A stretch of 64,000 bases of DNA, taken from assembly GCA_964474445.1 (NCBI GenBank), contig CAYYSJ010000001.1, positions 14,530 through 78,529 of the forward strand. Direction: 5' to 3'. The notes beneath the pieces were generated by a model. It was not told the DNA's origin, did not search any database, and saw only the letters and a program-made list of their open reading frames with translations. Below, in pieces: positions 60,370 through 64,000 of this stretch. This stretch comes from an uncultured Gammaproteobacteria bacterium. GTDB taxonomy: Bacteria > Patescibacteriota > Microgenomatia > Levybacterales > UBA12049. Position 1 is the first letter of the stretch, and each line of letters starts with the position of its first letter. Position numbers and translations under genes: made by a program.

Positions 60370-62034
60370 TTACAAGGTTTTGCGAATTTTTCTTACAAAT
60401 GATAAATGTGATATGGTAATGCCAATAAGTAGCAACAAAGAAAAACATGACACAAGCAAAGAGAGATTTTCAATCGAGGTAGAGCCAACGGATATGGTAA
60501 TATGAAGTATGCCTTTTGGCACAAAAACGTGCAGCAACCCATTAGCATTTTGTGGGCTTAATACGCGATTATTTGCAGTAACAATCCATGATGGGTAATA
60601 GCCTTTGGAAAAGGTTATTTCTGCAGGAGATGTTATCTCAGCGAGGAACACTTCTTTGGTTGTGTCTTTTTTTATAACAGAAATCCTTCCCTCACCGTTT
60701 GTTATAAATGCGTCCTGTTTTGCTTTTTCAGAAAAGACTGGTGTCCATATTGTACGAAACTCATTTCCTGGACTATTAGTTCCATCCATAAAATTTGATC
60801 GTGTTGTGTAATACATGTCATTTCGAAGATGATAAAAAGCAGGATGAGCATAATCATATGTTGATACAAAAAGAATCCCTAAAAATAGAATAGTCCAAAG
60901 GACAGAACGGTTTTTGTAGAAGAAACTTCCAGCAAGAAAAGAACAGATAAGAATCATGAGACTCAGCAGTCTCCAAGGAAATTGAAAATAATGAAGCAGT
61001 GGAACATGTTGCCAAATACCAGAAGAAAATGGTGTCAGCAAAAAAAACGTCACAGTACATGCATAGAGAAAAAAAAGGATCAGTGCCTTGTTTGGATAAC
61101 TTCTCTTAACATATTTTATATAAACAACACAAGCCATACACACTCCAAACAAATTTGCCACGCCAATTTGTACAGACATTTGATTTGTCAGATTATTATC
61201 AAAAAATCCTGACCCCCATGATGGGAAAAGAAGTTGAAAAAGATCAGGGAAGTTCTTTTGTATAGTATAGATTTGCAATCCCTCAACATAGCTTGTTTGA
61301 AACAGTGCTGGAAGCCAAAAGATTGCAGAAAGACCAAGACTAACAAGTATGATATAAAAAGAAGAGAGAAGTATATGCAGCTTTTGTTTGGATTGTAGAA
61401 TAAAAAAAGACATATAAAAAAATGCAAAAATAAAGAACATGAGTGCGAGGATATTATGGGAAAAAATAATAAATGCTAAACTTATGGTTGCATACAAAAA
61501 ATGAGGTATTTTTTGTGAACGAACAAATTTAGTGTATGACCACAACCAAAGAGGAAATAACGCAAGTGCCCATACTTCTCCAACAGAACCTCTAATGTAT
61601 ATGTCAACAAAATGATACGGAGAGAATGAATAAAAGGCCGAAGCAATGCATCCTGCTTGTTCTCCAAAAAAATCTTTTACAAAAAGATAGAAAAAAAATC
61701 CTCCTATAAGCGTTGCAAGGAACATTTCCCCTTTTAAGCTATCAATGGAATTGAAACCAAACGTATGAAATAAAGAAGCGAAGTAATTAGGAAGTGGATA
61801 AACAAATGTAAAAAGTGGAACACCATATCCAAAATTAAAATCTGGGGCCCAGCGAGGATAGACATTCCCTGCTCGTAGCACTTTATCAAACTCGTAAAAG
61901 CGTAAAACATGGTATTCACCATCATGAGTTGGTGGTAATCCTGGATGTAGCAATGCAAAACCTGCGAGAAAAGCAATAAAAAGAGAAAGTAATGCATATT
62001 TTCTCTTTACTATAGTTATAAAAAAAGACCTCAT
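60370..62034 (-). CDS. large polytopic membrane protein, GT-C-like (YfhO/PMT/ArnT-type?) glycosyltransferase candidate
   Basis: 554 aa, more than 10 TM segments plus a C-terminal extracytoplasmic region. Confidence 0.45.
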   Translation of the reverse strand: MRSFFITIVKRKYALLSLFIAFLAGFALLHPGLPPTHDGEYHVLRFYEFDKVLRAGNVYPRWAPDFNFGYGVPLFTFVYPLPNYFASLFHTFGFNSIDSLKGEMFLATLIGGFFFYLFVKDFFGEQAGCIASAFYSFSPYHFVDIYIRGSVGEVWALALFPLWLWSYTKFVRSQKIPHFLYATISLAFIIFSHNILALMFFIFAFFYMSFFILQSKQKLHILLSSFYIILVSLGLSAIFWLPALFQTSYVEGLQIYTIQKNFPDLFQLLFPSWGSGFFDNNLTNQMSVQIGVANLFGVCMACVVYIKYVKRSYPNKALILFFLYACTVTFFLLTPFSSGIWQHVPLLHYFQFPWRLLSLMILICSFLAGSFFYKNRSVLWTILFLGILFVSTYDYAHPAFYHLRNDMYYTTRSNFMDGTNSPGNEFRTIWTPVFSEKAKQDAFITNGEGRISVIKKDTTKEVFLAEITSPAEITFSKGYYPSWIVTANNRVLSPQNANGLLHVFVPKGILHITISVGSTSIENLSLLVSCFSLLLLIGITISHLSFVRKIRKTL

Positions 62035-62043
62035 GGAAGTGTG

Positions 62044-63162
62044 TCAATGCTTATTAAGTGAATTAGTGTAAATCTTTTTCACACCTATTCCTCCAACAAG
62101 AATCATGGCAGGAAGAAACATCAACACTATTTTCAGAAGTGGTGTTGGACCAAAGTATGTTCCAAGGAACATAAAAGGAATATATCGGAGGAGAAGTCCA
62201 CCGGTGAAACTGATAAGAAGAGAGGCAAAAAATGTATTATCAACCAAAAATGTTCCAGGTACTAAAAACCAAAGTGCATACCATGGGTATATCTCTTCAC
62301 GAAAAGATGACAGGAAAAAAATGATACCCATGCACAATGTTACCCAGATAAACAGTTGTTGTTTTCCCCACTTTTTTAGCCATGAGATAAAAAATACTGG
62401 AAGAAGAATGAGTGTTGCGTATTTGATACCAATTGAACAGAGATAAAAAAACAAACTCTTTCCGCTATTTTTATGAGTAAAAAAGTATATCGATAAAAGA
62501 AGGAAAAACATCATCACAATATCATTATGTCCACTCACCAAACATTCAATGACTACAAGAGGGTTGAGTGCAAAAAACACCACTTTGTAAATACTTTTTG
62601 TCATTTTCCAAAGAAGAAATGTGGTAAGGAAATAAAACGTTATTGCAAGCAATTTGAAATGAAAAAGAATAAGAAGAACATTCCCAAACCCCAACAAGAA
62701 CGGTACTCCTGTCAGGAATATCCAAAATGGTGCATAGAGAGCCGTCTTATTTGCTGCATGCATAAAAAGAAGAAGTGGATCACGAAGAAATTCTATTGGC
62801 ATTACAATATAGGGATTTTCATGGTAGAGAAATGTAACTTTTGCTGTTGCAACATAATTAAACACATCAAATGAAAGCATTGCAGGATAAGAAAACAGAA
62901 GAATGAGAGCAGTTACTCCGATAAGAGAAAACATCTGCGTGTTGGATAATTTTTTTTGTTTTGATGCATGTAAAAAGAAAAGATAACACGTGTAAAAAAT
63001 ACTCAAGGATACAATAAACAGAAGTGTAGTAATAGGTCGTTGTGCTTGGGCAATATTGGTAAAAAGAAATCGTAAATAGAAAAAATTTGGATCAATAAAA
63101 AGATAAGAAAAGATAGCAAAAAGCAAAAGAAAGAGTGCATAAAAAACAGCAAGTTTTTTCAT
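62044..63162 (-). CDS. polytopic membrane protein (GT-C / DUF2029-like?)
   Basis: 372 aa, 9-11 TM segments; 4-nt overlap with the upstream gene 63159..63785. Confidence 0.45.
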   Translation of the reverse strand: MKKLAVFYALFLLLFAIFSYLFIDPNFFYLRFLFTNIAQAQRPITTLLFIVSLSIFYTCYLFFLHASKQKKLSNTQMFSLIGVTALILLFSYPAMLSFDVFNYVATAKVTFLYHENPYIVMPIEFLRDPLLLFMHAANKTALYAPFWIFLTGVPFLLGFGNVLLILFHFKLLAITFYFLTTFLLWKMTKSIYKVVFFALNPLVVIECLVSGHNDIVMMFFLLLSIYFFTHKNSGKSLFFYLCSIGIKYATLILLPVFFISWLKKWGKQQLFIWVTLCMGIIFFLSSFREEIYPWYALWFLVPGTFLVDNTFFASLLISFTGGLLLRYIPFMFLGTYFGPTPLLKIVLMFLPAMILVGGIGVKKIYTNSLNKH

Positions 63163-63785
63163 AAATATTTTTCTCTTTGTGTGAGAGATTGTTGTATATG
63201 GGCATGAATGTACAAGGTCGAAGCAGGACTTTTCTCAGGAGACCAGATGAATGTTGCAGGAGTGACACTTAGTATTATTTCCAAAACGTCTTTATGCTTG
63301 AGAACTGCTTCGTGAAGGAGTGCTCTTTTTTCGCTTATATCTTTCCCTTCGCTCTTGGCTTGTTGCAAATATGGCAATGTTTTAGAAAAATACATGTTTG
63401 ATTTCTCAAGCGCTTTGTCTCCTAATAGGTATTGTTGGTATTCAAAAAGCGTTTTTGCCTCAACTAGATATTTATCTGCCTGTTTCAGATTATAGTCAAA
63501 CTGGCCAAAAGACCCAAAATACCAGTATTTCATGAATACTTCCCATACAAGGTGTATTTTGTAGCTCACACTTCCAGGCATAGCTGATGGATACGGTAAA
63601 ACGTATGATGAAGCAAAAAGTGGCTTGAGGAAAACAACAAACAGCATCGTAAACGTCACAAAAGACATAAACAACCGTTGCATAATATATATGCATTGTA
63701 ATTGCTTCCTTTCTTTAGAGCAAGATATATTCTTGCTTCTCTCTAACATTTCTTTGGTTGTTTTCTCCCAATGCCTACCTAGCAT
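63159..63785 (-). CDS. membrane-anchored hypothetical protein
   Basis: ORF with an internal hydrophobic segment (FVTFTMLFVVFLKPLFA); the real start is probably an internal Met. Confidence 0.3.
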   Translation of the reverse strand: MLGRHWEKTTKEMLERSKNISCSKERKQLQCIYIMQRLFMSFVTFTMLFVVFLKPLFASSYVLPYPSAMPGSVSYKIHLVWEVFMKYWYFGSFGQFDYNLKQADKYLVEAKTLFEYQQYLLGDKALEKSNMYFSKTLPYLQQAKSEGKDISEKRALLHEAVLKHKDVLEIILSVTPATFIWSPEKSPASTLYIHAHIQQSLTQREKYL

Positions 63786-63831
63786 GTATCTTAGACAAAC
63801 AATCTATCGGTAAAAAAGGAGGTGAGAGTTA

Positions 63832-64000
63832 TGGCATATCAATACACGAATAAAAAGGGAACAACATATTACTTACATCAGACAAATGTCCAGTTACGAG
63901 GTGGTAATAGAAATCAAACAATTTACTATTTCTCTCGACAAGTCGGAGAGAAGGCGATTGATGCTGTCCCAGAAGGATTTGAAGTCGTAGAAAACCAGAG
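63832..64000 (+). CDS. hypothetical protein, 5' partial at the window end (MAYQYTNKKGTTYYLHQ...)
   Basis: ATG at 63832 preceded by AAAGGAGGTGAG (strong Shine-Dalgarno); runs off the window. Confidence 0.35.

Overview
This is an AT-rich bacterial fragment (roughly 38-40% GC by eye) read with the standard code (table 11). It is gene-dense, and most intergenic gaps are under 150 bp. Many genes have Gram-positive-style AGGAGG ribosome-binding sites, and a subset looks leaderless. The gene content points to a small-genome, possibly Patescibacteria/CPR-like lineage, but that is an inference only. It includes giant Thr/Gly-rich surface proteins, many secreted or membrane-anchored proteins, orphan hypotheticals and duplicated small stress/DHFR-like genes.

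Main blocks:
- 0.6-7.9 kb: hypothetical and membrane proteins plus a putative glycoside hydrolase.
- 7.96-20.0 kb: a tightly packed minus-strand operon. It runs giant 2059-aa surface protein -> secreted protein whose C-terminus resembles an ATP synthase c-subunit hairpin -> atpF-atpH-atpA-atpG-atpD-atpC. No a-subunit (atpB) gene is present anywhere in the window.
- 20.1-24.9 kb: secreted and metal-related proteins, namely PEBP/YbhB, a phosphodiester-glycosidase-like protein, YcnI-like DUF1775, and a PKD-domain::RcnA-like Ni/Co permease fusion.
- 25-28 kb: a K+-channel-like protein, a FUSC/ArAE-like protein and a SAM methyltransferase.
- 28.6-34.9 kb: a putative beta-glucan exopolysaccharide operon (polytopic membrane protein, processive GT2 synthase with QxxRW, membrane-fusion-like protein, GH81 endo-beta-1,3-glucanase).
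- 35.0 kb: tRNA-Gln(UUG).
- 35.1-42.0 kb: small housekeeping and accessory genes. These are NUDIX, a peptide deformylase with an unusual Cys->Asp metal ligand, YciI-like, GIY-YIG, two RibD_C/DHFR-like paralogs, SRPBCC, DUF302, HD, a P-loop kinase and an HMBD::MauE fusion.
- 42.1-50.2 kb: an accessory-looking block. It holds an orphan HTH (transposase-like N-terminus), a SRAP/YedK protein, an unannotated 54-aa gene, two large orphan proteins (501 and 695 aa) and a ClpB-like ATPase with a degenerate D1 and no M-domain. Three perfect copies of the 15-bp palindrome TGCAACTWAGTTGCA sit at the 5' ends of the three minus-strand genes.
- 50.3-64 kb: an SDR, a GH18-like protein, two divergent GAF/PAS histidine kinases, a P-loop ATPase, general-stress proteins (YflT-like and KGG-repeat), an orphan receiver and three consecutive polytopic (GT-C-like) membrane proteins.

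No rRNA, CRISPR array or intact mobile element was seen.
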